IMG/VR virus record: IMGVR_UViG_3300010163_000014
Location: 1 to 64,000 of that record
Strand: one strand, 5' to 3'
Source: a virus
Taxonomy: Duplodnaviria > Caudoviricetes
DNA: 64,000 bases
Position 1 is the first letter of the stretch. Each line of letters opens with the position of its first letter. Shown piece by piece: positions 19,421 through 29,788 of this stretch. The notes below the pieces were generated by a model. The model had not been told where the DNA came from. It did not search any database and was given only the letters and a program-made list of their open reading frames with translations. The position numbers and the translations under genes are program-made.

Positions 19421-21277
19421 ATGAAAATATTACCAGAGGATAAATATTACAATGATATTATCCCAATTAATGTCATCTATAATAGAGGAAAGAATATTGC
19501 GGATGATGATATCTGCATTGTATATAAAGATTTGGTGACAGGTGAGAAAAAAGTCCATATTGAGAAGAGACCGATGATTGAGGTTTATATTGTAAAGCCT
19601 GAATATCGGAACTACACTCATGTACGAAACTTCATGGATATTGATCACTGTTATCCTCTCAAAGTGCATTATGCATCTCGATTTGCAGAGATTGCAAAAG
19701 AGATGCACCTACCAAGTGCTGAAGATGCAAAGGAGAATCCATATGTCTTTGGCGCAGATGTTACAATCGAGCAGTATTATCTAACTCAATTTGAATATGA
19801 GTATCATACCGATGCTCCGAAAGATCTATCATTGGGATACTTCGATATCGAGAATGATACGATCAACCTGGATCGATTCCCAATGTATGGTGAAACTCCT
19901 ATCAATGCTGTGACCTATATTGATGCTGAGAGTTCGAATGTATTTGTCTTTGTATTGACAAAGAATAATATGATACCACTTCCGATTGTCCATGTGAAGT
20001 ATCAATGGTTTAAAGAATTATCTGACCGATTTGATCGACAAATGGAATGGCTATTATCTCATCAAAAAGAATTCATTGAAATATGTCACAATACATTTGA
20101 TGAGAACTATCCTGGAATGGAATATAATCTTCTTACATTTGATGAGGAGATCGATCTTATTAAAGCATTCTGGGAAATTGTCAGAGCATGTGACAATGAT
20201 TATATTGGAGTATGGAACCTCCCATACGATATGCAAAATATGATGGATCGTCCGGCTAAGCTCGGATATGATGTTAATACGATCATTCCCGACCCCCGAT
20301 TTGGAGAGAATCGAGAGGTCTACTTCAAAGAGGATGACAATCCTGTTGTCCATAAGAAGAAGCATGTCTGTGTAACATATACGATGCCATGCTTTACAGA
20401 TGATATGATCAATTATGCAGGTATTCGAGCAGGTGGTCCAAAACTGGCAAGTAATAAGTTGAATTTCTGTGCTAGAAAAGAGCTAAAAGATGAAAAATTA
20501 GATTACTCAGAGGCTGCGAGTATTCGTACCTTCCCATATGAAGATCTAATAAAATTCATTCTATATAATATCAAAGACGTTCTCCTGCTGGTTGGAATCG
20601 GTCAGAAGACAAAAGATATGAATACAATCTATTCCAGATTGTATTCATCTATGGTGTTACCGAAGGATTCTTTCACAACCACTCTTGTGGTATGGGGAGC
20701 TCTTAAAAGCTTTATCCTGAAAGAAGGATATACCTTTGGTGCAAATAAGAATAAGTTCAAATCAACTCAAGGATTGGGCAATATCAAATATGGTGAGATT
20801 GTAACTCAGTTTGATGATGATGATCCTGGAGATATCAATCTAGAAGATTATTATGGAGATTCGGATTCAGAAGATGATGAGCAATACGACGGGGCATTTG
20901 TCATGAATACTCTTCATCAAATGCCAACTGGGTATCGTATTTTGGGAGAACCTGCAAAATATGTTCATCGGTGGGTTGGTGATGAAGATATCACATCAGA
21001 GTATCCATCTGCAATGGTTGTGTGGAATATCTCAAATGAGACAATGGTTGGTAAGGTATTCCTAGAGAACCCCGATGATTTTGATATCCCGGTCTATGGC
21101 AGTTTCAACTTCCGTGGGGATGATCTTGCTGACTATAAGGTTGATGTATCCAACTTCATGATGGAATGTTATTCAGAACGTGATATCTATACGTTCTCTA
21201 ATATATTCTTGAAGTTACCAACTCCGGATAAAGTTCTAGCAGCTCTATCCGATGATATTGATGATTTGGAGGAGTAA
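19421..21277 (+). CDS. Family B DNA polymerase, N-terminal subunit (3'-5' exonuclease plus motif A) of a split enzyme
   Basis: ExoI GYFDIEND, ExoII WNLPYD, ExoIII YNIKDV, YDGAFV and motif A DEDITSEYPS; the protein ends before motifs B/C. Confidence 0.85.
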   Translation: MKILPEDKYYNDIIPINVIYNRGKNIADDDICIVYKDLVTGEKKVHIEKRPMIEVYIVKPEYRNYTHVRNFMDIDHCYPLKVHYASRFAEIAKEMHLPSAEDAKENPYVFGADVTIEQYYLTQFEYEYHTDAPKDLSLGYFDIENDTINLDRFPMYGETPINAVTYIDAESSNVFVFVLTKNNMIPLPIVHVKYQWFKELSDRFDRQMEWLLSHQKEFIEICHNTFDENYPGMEYNLLTFDEEIDLIKAFWEIVRACDNDYIGVWNLPYDMQNMMDRPAKLGYDVNTIIPDPRFGENREVYFKEDDNPVVHKKKHVCVTYTMPCFTDDMINYAGIRAGGPKLASNKLNFCARKELKDEKLDYSEAASIRTFPYEDLIKFILYNIKDVLLLVGIGQKTKDMNTIYSRLYSSMVLPKDSFTTTLVVWGALKSFILKEGYTFGANKNKFKSTQGLGNIKYGEIVTQFDDDDPGDINLEDYYGDSDSEDDEQYDGAFVMNTLHQMPTGYRILGEPAKYVHRWVGDEDITSEYPSAMVVWNISNETMVGKVFLENPDDFDIPVYGSFNFRGDDLADYKVDVSNFMMECYSERDIYTFSNIFLKLPTPDKVLAALSDDIDDLEE

Positions 21278-21279
21278 TC

Positions 21280-21960
21280 ATGGCCAAAAAAGAATATCCC
21301 CCTGAGATAAAAGAACTTGAGACATTAAAGGGAATCAATACCAGATTATCCTCTCATTGCAGTCTCTATTGTATTGAAGATGGAATCATCTATATGAAAT
21401 CGAATAATTCCTTCATGGAAAAATTCGGAGTGATTGATGATGAAACTTATCGACTCCATTTCTATAATCGGTGTATGATTACAGTTCCACAGATGAGATC
21501 ATTCTTAGCGAAATATAAGAAGACTAAGGTATCAGTTATCCAAATGCCTGATACGATCCATCTGACTATGGGGGAAGATGATCTAGAGGGAACTGTTATC
21601 TTATTGCCTCACTCGTTAGAGCAGAGAATGAATGTGTATAAAGGCCTATATACAAAGTTCTTGAATGATGAAAAGTATTATACAGTCTTAAGTAGTCATG
21701 ATAATGAATCATTCTATGATGTATGTGAAGACAATATAACGGCAATCAAAAAAGGAAAGAGTGTCTTACTAACAGCCGGGGATGATGTCTTTATCTGGGT
21801 TGCAAAAGGTTTGTTTGGAGACATGAAACAGACAACTGCTATTCGATACAAAGAGATCAAAACTTTGTGTGAGCCCCTGTATAATAAGCACTATTTTCTG
21901 TTTGATCAGTTTGAGCCGTTTGGTCTTCATATCTACACGCTGGTTGCATGCATTTGCTAA
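21280..21960 (+). CDS. Hypothetical protein (226 aa)
   Basis: Closely coupled to the polymerase gene; terminator follows. Confidence 0.75.
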   Translation: MAKKEYPPEIKELETLKGINTRLSSHCSLYCIEDGIIYMKSNNSFMEKFGVIDDETYRLHFYNRCMITVPQMRSFLAKYKKTKVSVIQMPDTIHLTMGEDDLEGTVILLPHSLEQRMNVYKGLYTKFLNDEKYYTVLSSHDNESFYDVCEDNITAIKKGKSVLLTAGDDVFIWVAKGLFGDMKQTTAIRYKEIKTLCEPLYNKHYFLFDQFEPFGLHIYTLVACIC

Positions 21961-22019
21961 AAAAGAAATAAAAAAGAGAATGGAGGTAATAGGCCCGCCA
22001 TTCTCTTTTTTGCCGGTGG

Positions 22020-22409
22020 TCAGTCGAACTGAACGTCCCGCGACGCGGAGTCAGCATACTCCTCATAGGCGTCCTTGTCGGAATCCTCGGTGCCGGCAGC
22101 GATCTCATCCAGGTCTTGCTTGACCATGCTGATGGCCGCATCGCTGCACTTGGTGAAGAATTTATCATACACCAACCCGATGGCCTTTCCGATCCCGACA
22201 ACGATGCCGTAGAAGGTGAGCGCCACCATAGCGAGGTAGCCGCCCACAATGCAGAACACGGTGAAGAAGTAGAGAACCTTCTCCAGCTTGTTCATCTCGG
22301 AAAAGTCCTGGTCGGCCAGGTTGCTGAGCTCCTCATGCAGTTGCGCCTGACGGGCCCTGCGCTCCTCCTTGGACATGGTGATCTCGGTGTTGAAAATAGA
22401 CTTTTTCAT
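22020..22409 (-). CDS. Membrane protein (129 aa), GC-rich
   Basis: GAAAGGAAG RBS, ATG at 22409; hydrophobic segment VLYFFTVFCIVGGYLAMVALTFYGIVVGIG. Confidence 0.8.
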   Translation of the reverse strand: MKKSIFNTEITMSKEERRARQAQLHEELSNLADQDFSEMNKLEKVLYFFTVFCIVGGYLAMVALTFYGIVVGIGKAIGLVYDKFFTKCSDAAISMVKQDLDEIAAGTEDSDKDAYEEYADSASRDVQFD

Positions 22410-22529
22410 GGTGATCTTCCTTTCTGGGTTAAAATGACCCAATGTAATATCGCAGGTAAGACTGATTGCTTATCTCTGCTCATAGAAATGATATATCAGT
22501 CATATTTGAGTTGATACGGTAAAATCATC
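22407..22529 (-). promoter_or_regulatory. Promoter plus structured 5' leader, copy B (paralog of 17382-17504)
   Basis: See copy A; GATATATCATT at 22487-22497 on the minus strand. Confidence 0.85.
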
Positions 22530-23106
22530 TATTACCGCGGACAGGTACTGTATTATATACTTTCTTGATATTTTCTTCTTTGATACTCCAGCATACACCT
22601 TGGATAAATGGATGATTTGGAATATTTGTAAGATCTGAGTTTGAAATAAGACACCTATTCCACGATTGAATCTTAGCTTTATCTTTTGTGGGCCCAGGTT
22701 TCAATCGGTCAAACCATGTTTGTTCAAGTTCATCCCATTGCTTAAAGATAGCGCCTGGAATGTAAAAATTATTCAATACAAAATGCCACGTATCATAGTC
22801 GCTGAGTAGAACTTCAGAATCATCTAGTTCTAATTCAATACAGACACCATTGTCTAGGCGATTTATGTCTCTACAGAGATTTGGCTTCTTATGATATCCA
22901 TATTGGGCAAACCAAAACCAGATCATTCCATGAGTATTTCTAGGACGGCTTACTTTATCTTCTAATTTAGTTTCCATCCATTGATATGCTAAGATTGCAT
23001 TTTGATAATCTTCAAGGAATGGAGATTTTCTAGAATCTGCTTTATAAATACCTTTCTTCTCAATGATATCTAAGACATTTCTATCTTGGATCGTCCAATA
23101 TCTCAC
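22525..23106 (-). CDS. DUF3841-like protein
   Basis: WTIQ start, VLLSDYDTWHFVLN and IQGVCWSIKEENI motifs recalled for DUF3841. Confidence 0.65.
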   Translation of the reverse strand: MRYWTIQDRNVLDIIEKKGIYKADSRKSPFLEDYQNAILAYQWMETKLEDKVSRPRNTHGMIWFWFAQYGYHKKPNLCRDINRLDNGVCIELELDDSEVLLSDYDTWHFVLNNFYIPGAIFKQWDELEQTWFDRLKPGPTKDKAKIQSWNRCLISNSDLTNIPNHPFIQGVCWSIKEENIKKVYNTVPVRGNR

Positions 23107-23156
23107 ATTTTTACACCTACCTATAAAGGGTTAATCATAGTTACGGAGTTGATAAT

Positions 23157-23525
23157 ATGATTGAGCTTAATGAAAAGGTTATAAATGTTCTGGGTGCAAA
23201 TTATATAATTAAATTCGTTCACGATTCTGAGTCTAGTACTTTTTTGGAAGATCCTGATTGTGGAGGATTTTGTTCGCCTTTACATAAAGTGATTGCAATT
23301 CGAAGAGATAAGTTTGGCGATCCTGAGCAATACACGCCAATTGATATTGCGGCAATTAAGTCTATTATAAGACATGAAATTATTCATGCCTTTTTACATG
23401 AAAGTGGACTTGATGAGCATGGTCATAGTGAGAGAAATTGGGCCGGCAATGAAGAGGTTGTTCAATGGTTTGCTTTACAGGGTCCAAAAATCTTTGAAGT
23501 TTGGAAGCAATATAATCTTCTATAA
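23157..23525 (+). CDS. Small HEXXH (Zn-metallopeptidase-like) phage protein
   Basis: IIRHEIIHAFLHESGL, NEEVVQWFALQGPKI. Confidence 0.7.
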   Translation: MIELNEKVINVLGANYIIKFVHDSESSTFLEDPDCGGFCSPLHKVIAIRRDKFGDPEQYTPIDIAAIKSIIRHEIIHAFLHESGLDEHGHSERNWAGNEEVVQWFALQGPKIFEVWKQYNLL

Positions 23526-23566
23526 AAAATAGGGGTGGAGATATTACTCTCCACCCCTATTAATAG

Positions 23567-24088
23567 TTATACCTTCAAACCAATGGCCCATAGATAGAAG
23601 AAGTCATTACGGGTTTTGACAATCTTCTCGATTTCCTCTTTGGTCTTCTGATATTCATCCGAGAAATCAAAGGCCAGCGTAAAGCCCAACAATTTAGCTC
23701 TCTTTCCAGCAGGGGTCATGAGATTTGCACTGTCCGTGATCTCCCGATTTTCAGCTTTCGCAAGAGGAATCCACATGGCGGGGCATTTCCCACAGGAGAC
23801 CTTCTCGTCAATATAAAACCGAACACGAGCAGGAACTGCTCTATTGGTTCCGAGAATAAGACTCGGAGATGCTTCCAGGAACGTAGCTCCTTTATTCTTG
23901 AGAACTGAGATCGCGGCATGGAAGCTGTCCACCGGAATCTCCGTATTCTTCAGTTTCTCAGTATTGGTATACTGAGACTTGGGTCGATTAGGGTCTGCCT
24001 TCTTAACATGGTTATTGGAGCCATTCTTCCAGGTCCCAGTTCCATCTCGCCTTTTACCATTACGGCGTTTCTTTTTGTCATTCTTCAT
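23567..24088 (-). CDS. Hypothetical protein with a basic N-terminus (173 aa)
   Basis: GAGGAG RBS; ORF. Confidence 0.75.
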   Translation of the reverse strand: MKNDKKKRRNGKRRDGTGTWKNGSNNHVKKADPNRPKSQYTNTEKLKNTEIPVDSFHAAISVLKNKGATFLEASPSLILGTNRAVPARVRFYIDEKVSCGKCPAMWIPLAKAENREITDSANLMTPAGKRAKLLGFTLAFDFSDEYQKTKEEIEKIVKTRNDFFYLWAIGLKV

Positions 24089-24104
24089 ACTAACAGCTCC
24101 TCAC

Positions 24105-24914
24105 TCAAAGTTCATACTTTAAGATGTACTTTATAATATCGGGAGTGGTATTGTGAATGGGAATCAATAACATACACTCACCGTAGACTGCTTCTTTAAG
24201 TCCTACGTTCGCAGAGACATATTCACGATACGCTTTTTCACAGAAGAAAGGTTTTGTCGGGTAAAGAGATACGTCTCTCCAGCAGGGAATCGCAGAAAGT
24301 TCATCATCACCCTCGAGATATTGACGATATCGCTTGGTATATGTGCATTGGACTGCAGTCTGTGTAATAGGATGAGTTGTGAGATATGCACCGATAGGAT
24401 ACACTTCGAGTCTGTTCCAGATGTTGTGTTTATCTTGAGGATCTCGCATCTCAAAGGAAGTTCCAAAGTGATACCATTCGTATTCGATGGTTCCCACTTT
24501 TAGATTTTCCACGATACTTTCCAGATCGATATTCGGGTTCATCATATACTTCTCCAATCCACGCAGGATCAGGAGATAGTGCGGAACGATTCTCTGTTCA
24601 TTGACATATTCCCAATAATGGGAGATTCGATCATACCGGAATGTGATCTGCTCAGTATCAGATAGAGTTTGTCCTGTGAGATCTCCAAATCGAGGCATAT
24701 TGTAGTACACCTCAGTGCCATCTGGAATACGAACTCCCATCAGATCCATGATCTCGAGATGTTTTGCCATAGGCACATATGGCTGGATACAGTTGGGCTC
24801 ATTGATGGCCTCAAAGTAATGGATCAAACTATCACCTGAGAACACATCGAACAACTTTGGAGCATCCATCTTTGCTCCTTGTAGGACTTTTATTAGCTCT
24901 GCGTTTGTCTTCAT
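24105..24914 (-). CDS. Hypothetical protein (269 aa)
   Basis: GAAAGG RBS; AATACATTATT motif upstream on the minus strand (24994-25004). Confidence 0.75.
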   Translation of the reverse strand: MKTNAELIKVLQGAKMDAPKLFDVFSGDSLIHYFEAINEPNCIQPYVPMAKHLEIMDLMGVRIPDGTEVYYNMPRFGDLTGQTLSDTEQITFRYDRISHYWEYVNEQRIVPHYLLILRGLEKYMMNPNIDLESIVENLKVGTIEYEWYHFGTSFEMRDPQDKHNIWNRLEVYPIGAYLTTHPITQTAVQCTYTKRYRQYLEGDDELSAIPCWRDVSLYPTKPFFCEKAYREYVSANVGLKEAVYGECMLLIPIHNTTPDIIKYILKYEL

Positions 24915-25064
24915 AAAGGATCGAACCTTTCTTTATTGATGTAAATTTACTTATAAATAAACTCCTTTCTGTAGATTAGCATTGTGCCAATTAAATAATG
25001 TATTGATCATAATATAGGTTATCATTATGAAAATAGACACATTATTTTGGTAAGGAGGGATAAT

Positions 25065-25592
25065 ATGAAGTATTATCGCGCAAAAATTGGGGATGCAATT
25101 CTTGCGATTGATGCCAGTAAAAGGAATGTCACTGCATATATTGAGGTGATCCGAAAGCTAAAGTATGGTTATTATACATTAGAGCAATTGGACTCCCCCT
25201 CATTTGATATTGTCGCAGATGCAAATCCCAGAGCGTGTATGGTTGAGGTGATATCTGGAATCATTGTGCCAGCCAGAGATGCTGATTACATCACGACAAC
25301 TGTCCAGAAGTTCAGTGAATTCCTTGGAGATAATTATAAATTCCTAACTGATTTCTATACCCTATCCTTGGTGAATGACCCTCAGTATGCATCTATCTTT
25401 AAGAATACTCTCGAAACAATGAAAACCATTATCGATTCTCCCAAACATATGAAGAATTATCTAAGAGCCTTGGCACTAAACTCCAAGGTTTTGAGAATGC
25501 CAATTGAAGAATATCTCGAGTGGATGAAAATTGATAAAGAACTCTATAATATGAAGAAAAAGTGGGAATATCTTGTCCACAATGATGATTAA
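25065..25592 (+). CDS. Hypothetical protein (175 aa)
   Basis: TAAGGAGG RBS, ATG at 25065; terminator follows. Confidence 0.75.
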   Translation: MKYYRAKIGDAILAIDASKRNVTAYIEVIRKLKYGYYTLEQLDSPSFDIVADANPRACMVEVISGIIVPARDADYITTTVQKFSEFLGDNYKFLTDFYTLSLVNDPQYASIFKNTLETMKTIIDSPKHMKNYLRALALNSKVLRMPIEEYLEWMKIDKELYNMKKKWEYLVHNDD

Positions 25593-25630
25593 ATTAAAAG
25601 AAGGTACCGGGAATCCCGGTACCTTCTTTT

Positions 25631-26137
25631 TTATCTTGGTGGAGTATATCTGAGAGATAGTTCAGATAGATTATCTAAAAGTGTCTCAGCAAAATATGGA
25701 GATTTCCAGTATGATTCATCCTGCTCATTCAGAGATAATTGACACATCATCTGAATGAATTCATTGAATCTTCCTCTGGAAATCCGACACATGGTTTTCA
25801 TTTGGTCGTCAAAGAATTCAGCATGTTTTCCTTCTCTGACGACATATCGATATCCGGGAATACTATCCCATGAATAGACATAAGCACATTTCCAAGCCAT
25901 AATTCTCTCTTTTGTCGTACTTCTTCCACTGAATACTACGGTATAGTCAAATGGAAGTTTCGAATTAAAGTTTAGATATGCATACTCCAATGTCAAGTTA
26001 GGACAGTATACTCGGTAATTGTCTAGCATATTATAAAACAAGGTTTTCCTTGTCTGTGGATCAATCCATAGCAGTTCATCTCTTGGTATTTCAAATGGAT
26101 GAGTATGCTTAAACATCCAGATTTCCTCCTTTTTCAT
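25631..26137 (-). CDS. Hypothetical protein (168 aa)
   Basis: ORF converging on a bidirectional terminator. Confidence 0.65.
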   Translation of the reverse strand: MKKEEIWMFKHTHPFEIPRDELLWIDPQTRKTLFYNMLDNYRVYCPNLTLEYAYLNFNSKLPFDYTVVFSGRSTTKERIMAWKCAYVYSWDSIPGYRYVVREGKHAEFFDDQMKTMCRISRGRFNEFIQMMCQLSLNEQDESYWKSPYFAETLLDNLSELSLRYTPPR

Positions 26138-26162
26138 AGAATGATTATTTTATGCTAATGTA

Positions 26163-26339
26163 AAAAGGCGTGAATAAGTACTAGGACCCTTGCTAAAGAG
26201 GATCCTAGTACTTATCACCATGAGTGCGGTCGATACAAACAAAAAGGAGTTTCCAAGATGCTGTCATCTGGTTGGGAGTCGAACCCTTATACTATCTATG
26301 GATGACTTTGTGGTATGATCTGGACAGCGCATCCAGATT
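26163..26339 (-). ncRNA. Candidate small RNA with a T-loop-like arm and anti-SD CUCCUU
   Basis: AACA-N6-TA (26339-26350, minus), 5' hairpin, GUCAUC/GAUGAC stem enclosing GGGUUCGACUCCC, CUCCUUUUU, and a 13-bp terminator (26174-26215). Confidence 0.45.
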
Positions 26340-26392
26340 ACAAACATGTTACAATACAGATATATTATTTTATTAAGAAAGGAGAATGGTAG

Positions 26393-27583
26393 ATGAAGCC
26401 TAAGGGATTCATTTTATATAAAAATGGTAGCTGGGATTATGTATCTGAGTCAAAGATGAAGAAAAAGCTTCACAAATTAAATCGAATTAAATTACTACTC
26501 ATTCCATATTTAAGAGAAAATGACTCAATCAAAGTATTTATCCCAGTTAATCCAGTAAAAGAACTTCTTTTTCATAGGGCATCTGTTCAATTTATCACTT
26601 CTGTATATACGATGAACTATGAAGAAAAAGAATATCCAGTTACAAAAGAACCTGTAATTGGAGAGGAAGAGTATACCTATAGCTTATTTGAATTTATTAA
26701 TCTGCTCTTTTATCCCTCTAAAGTTTATGGATATCTAGAGATGACAGGATTATGTGATGCTTCACCAGGGTCCTATAAGGAAGCTCAATTTGCAAATACC
26801 CTCTGTATCGACGGAGTGTCCATTAAGCTATATAATCAGAATGATTCGATTTTCTGGAGTGCGAGTAAAGTCATTGAACGGGAAGATCAAATTGATGAGA
26901 TGTATTTCTGTTCTGGAGAGCGATATTGGCTCGACATGTTTGACTTTGAGAAGGAATTGTGTCATTTCATTCCAAAGTTCAGTATGATTGTAGAGAAGCC
27001 TAAGTTTAATTCTATCAGAGTCATTGAGTTGAGTGAAACTTGGAGAGGATTAGAATCGAGTGATCTTCGTAAACATGGTAAGACAGTATGTCCACCAAAT
27101 CAGATGTATTTGTATCACACGGATTCATTTAACAGTTATGCTCTAGTGGATGGAAAGACGATTAATAAAATTGATAATCTCCCAGTTTTAGAGTGTATGG
27201 TATGTTCAATTTGTAATGATCTATATACAAGAGAAGATTTGAAATACCATACTTGGGGTGATTCTGCATGTAAAGAACGTATTCAGTTGGCATTATCAGA
27301 GAGTATGACGAATATTTGTGCATATGAGATATTTCTAACCACATTTACTGAAATTGGTGAGATATTAAGCCTGGTTATCTATGCTGATATTTTACTGATG
27401 TATATTCAGTATGTACTTTTCAGTGGAATCATGAGCGGACTTCAGCCTCCAGATGGAGAATCTTATGAATCAATTATAGCTATTGCAAATAATACAGATT
27501 TTGATTCAAGCATTATCATCACTAGTGGGGACCAAGTAAATCCTGAAGATTTACTTGATAAAATTATAATCCATATGATTTAA
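26393..27583 (+). CDS. Hypothetical protein (396 aa)
   Basis: AAAGGAG RBS; GATATATTATT upstream. Confidence 0.75.
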   Translation: MKPKGFILYKNGSWDYVSESKMKKKLHKLNRIKLLLIPYLRENDSIKVFIPVNPVKELLFHRASVQFITSVYTMNYEEKEYPVTKEPVIGEEEYTYSLFEFINLLFYPSKVYGYLEMTGLCDASPGSYKEAQFANTLCIDGVSIKLYNQNDSIFWSASKVIEREDQIDEMYFCSGERYWLDMFDFEKELCHFIPKFSMIVEKPKFNSIRVIELSETWRGLESSDLRKHGKTVCPPNQMYLYHTDSFNSYALVDGKTINKIDNLPVLECMVCSICNDLYTREDLKYHTWGDSACKERIQLALSESMTNICAYEIFLTTFTEIGEILSLVIYADILLMYIQYVLFSGIMSGLQPPDGESYESIIAIANNTDFDSSIIITSGDQVNPEDLLDKIIIHMI

Positions 27584-27592
27584 GGAGCGATC

Positions 27593-28594
27593 ATGATGAA
27601 AACATTCGACAAATTGGGGAATCCGAGAACGATCTATTGTTTTGAGCAAGCGTCTTCTTCTGGAGTTCTTACCCTGAAACAAGCGGGAGGACATGTCATT
27701 GAATCGGACCGGAATAAGTGGTATTTCATACCCATCAAGAATCAGCTCAAAGGCCCGGTCTTTACCTGCCCTACCCCCAAGTGCATCAGAAATCATCTCC
27801 CTGCCAGGATTGAAGTAAATGCGGTGTATCATGATGTCGATACACCGGTTTATAAGTGCACTCAGGCTCTGTATGACTTTGAGTCTGATGTGACTCAGAA
27901 ATATGGAATTTGGCCGTTTATTGCTGGTTTTGAGCATCTCACTTCTTATCTCCAAAAGTTGGGATCCTCCAGAGAGACTATCATCATGGGGGCTACCAGC
28001 TCTTCGATCTATAATGATCGGTATCTACCACACAAATCCTCCATTCTCAAGGATGGGGATATTTTCTCTTTCCTTGACGCAAATGGTTTCCGGAGCAGAA
28101 CTGACAAGTTCCTTGCCCATTTGAACGATAGCACCTTCCGTGTTGATGGTGGTCAATTTCATAAAAATAATAGTTTCACCTATGTCATCTATCATGATGA
28201 TAGGGAATTAGACACTGCGGTCTTCATCACCTTTATCTCCGGCACCGATACCTGCTATATCTATGATTATCCGACATATAGTAATCTGGCCAGTATCAAA
28301 GAGATTGAACTTCGGGTTTGCAGGGATCCTCTTCTAGATGGAGAGGAACTCATGTATCACATCACGGCATCTAATATCGATGATATTCTGGAAATGTGCT
28401 ATTGTATGCCGGATATCCTATTCCTGGACCATTACTTTTATGGGGATGAGCTCAGTTTTCAGATGGAGATCATATCCGAAAACGATATATCATTACCCTG
28501 GGACGTCTGGACGGTTGATCGTTCTTATGTCGGAGAAAGACTGGATGAGCTCAATCTGTTTGACCTCATCATGTCTGCATTTGATGGTCATTAG
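27593..28594 (+). CDS. Hypothetical protein (333 aa)
   Basis: AAGGAG RBS; ORF. Confidence 0.75.
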   Translation: MMKTFDKLGNPRTIYCFEQASSSGVLTLKQAGGHVIESDRNKWYFIPIKNQLKGPVFTCPTPKCIRNHLPARIEVNAVYHDVDTPVYKCTQALYDFESDVTQKYGIWPFIAGFEHLTSYLQKLGSSRETIIMGATSSSIYNDRYLPHKSSILKDGDIFSFLDANGFRSRTDKFLAHLNDSTFRVDGGQFHKNNSFTYVIYHDDRELDTAVFITFISGTDTCYIYDYPTYSNLASIKEIELRVCRDPLLDGEELMYHITASNIDDILEMCYCMPDILFLDHYFYGDELSFQMEIISENDISLPWDVWTVDRSYVGERLDELNLFDLIMSAFDGH

Positions 28595-28609
28595 AAAGGA
28601 GAATAATTT

Positions 28610-28786
28610 GTGAAACCTGAAACTGATTACTCCGACATTAAGAGTATCATCGAGAAGTCCATTGATGCTCAAGTCGAAGGGTTGTTGGAAAAATGGGAGA
28701 AAGGAGATCGTGTAAAGAATCCGATATTTGGTCAAACTGAAGTAGTCGAAATCAAGAAAGGAATGGAAGAAAATGACTCTGAATGA
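28610..28786 (+). CDS. Small hypothetical protein (58 aa), absent from the ORF track
   Basis: AAAGGAG RBS, GTG start, MKPETDYSDIKSII...; TGA at 28784-28786. Confidence 0.65.
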   Translation: MKPETDYSDIKSIIEKSIDAQVEGLLEKWEKGDRVKNPIFGQTEVVEIKKGMEENDSE

Positions 28787-29285
28787 AAACATGCCAAACT
28801 TTAATCATCGCAATCCGTTCGTCACTATCTGCTCTCAGACGAGGAGCCGGATCGATGACAAGACGTTTCATCTTTCCAAGATGTGGATTCAATACTGCGC
28901 TATTATGGTTTTGACCGCAATCATTGGAGCAATTGTTTCGATCTGCAATTTCCGGGCCACTGATCCCAATATTCTTTTGAGTGGGCTGATCCTGATTGGC
29001 CTGGGCGGCATTATGATCTGCTGTATTCTATACATTGGGGTCTCGTATGGATTTGCGAGATTGGTCAATAACCCTATCAAGGGAGAAGCTGATGAATTCA
29101 TGAAAGCACAGATCTCCGACGTTGCTCTGATGAACAACGAACAAGTCAATGATGTTATCATGCGTCTGAATGAACTTCTTGGGCGCATTGGTACATATTT
29201 CGAAATCATCCGAGTATCTACCTATATCACCGTTGCATTAACGATCTACTTTATCTTATTAGCCTTCATATTTCTGATGTTTTAA
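28773..29285 (+). CDS. Multi-pass membrane protein (170 aa)
   Basis: Three hydrophobic segments. Confidence 0.7.
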   Translation: MTLNENMPNFNHRNPFVTICSQTRSRIDDKTFHLSKMWIQYCAIMVLTAIIGAIVSICNFRATDPNILLSGLILIGLGGIMICCILYIGVSYGFARLVNNPIKGEADEFMKAQISDVALMNNEQVNDVIMRLNELLGRIGTYFEIIRVSTYITVALTIYFILLAFIFLMF

Positions 29286-29299
29286 AAGGAGGATAAAAC

Positions 29300-29785
29300 A
29301 TGAATCGAGCACTAACTGATGGTGGGTTTCCCACTGCTGATATTCGTCGAGTGAGGGATATGATCGATGAGAATGAGGCTTCGTTTCCTCATCTCTATAT
29401 CCCGGAGTTTGCCTCTACACTCAGCATCTACCAGAGGGCAAAAGATGTCACCGTTGGAATGCATCAGGACATTGTCTTTCTGGTTGCTACTCCCAGTGGT
29501 GTGGTCATCAACGACAAGTATTCTGATGTCTGTCAGATTCCCAAGGAAAATGGGTGGCTTGGCAGATATTTGATTGGGGCCCCTACCAAAGACAAGAATA
29601 ATCGTCCGGTTGGACGATATCTCTGCTCTTACTGGGTCAACATGAGCAATATCGAGATCAGCACTGTGAATATCGATGGTAAGATCACCTATCAGTTCAT
29701 CAGTGTCCAGCGAAATGATCTCCCTGCTAAATTAACAGAGACTTTGGATTCTTCTGACTTCTTTGAGAAGTATTTGGAGGGATAA
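29300..29785 (+). CDS. Hypothetical protein (161 aa)
   Basis: AAGGAGG RBS. Confidence 0.75.
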   Translation: MNRALTDGGFPTADIRRVRDMIDENEASFPHLYIPEFASTLSIYQRAKDVTVGMHQDIVFLVATPSGVVINDKYSDVCQIPKENGWLGRYLIGAPTKDKNNRPVGRYLCSYWVNMSNIEISTVNIDGKITYQFISVQRNDLPAKLTETLDSSDFFEKYLEG

Positions 29786-29788
29786 AAA

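Noticed and set aside
26256-26320. Complete tRNA gene
   Set aside because: Only a T-arm-like hairpin and a short closing stem; no D arm, anticodon arm or CCA end. Kept only as an sRNA candidate.
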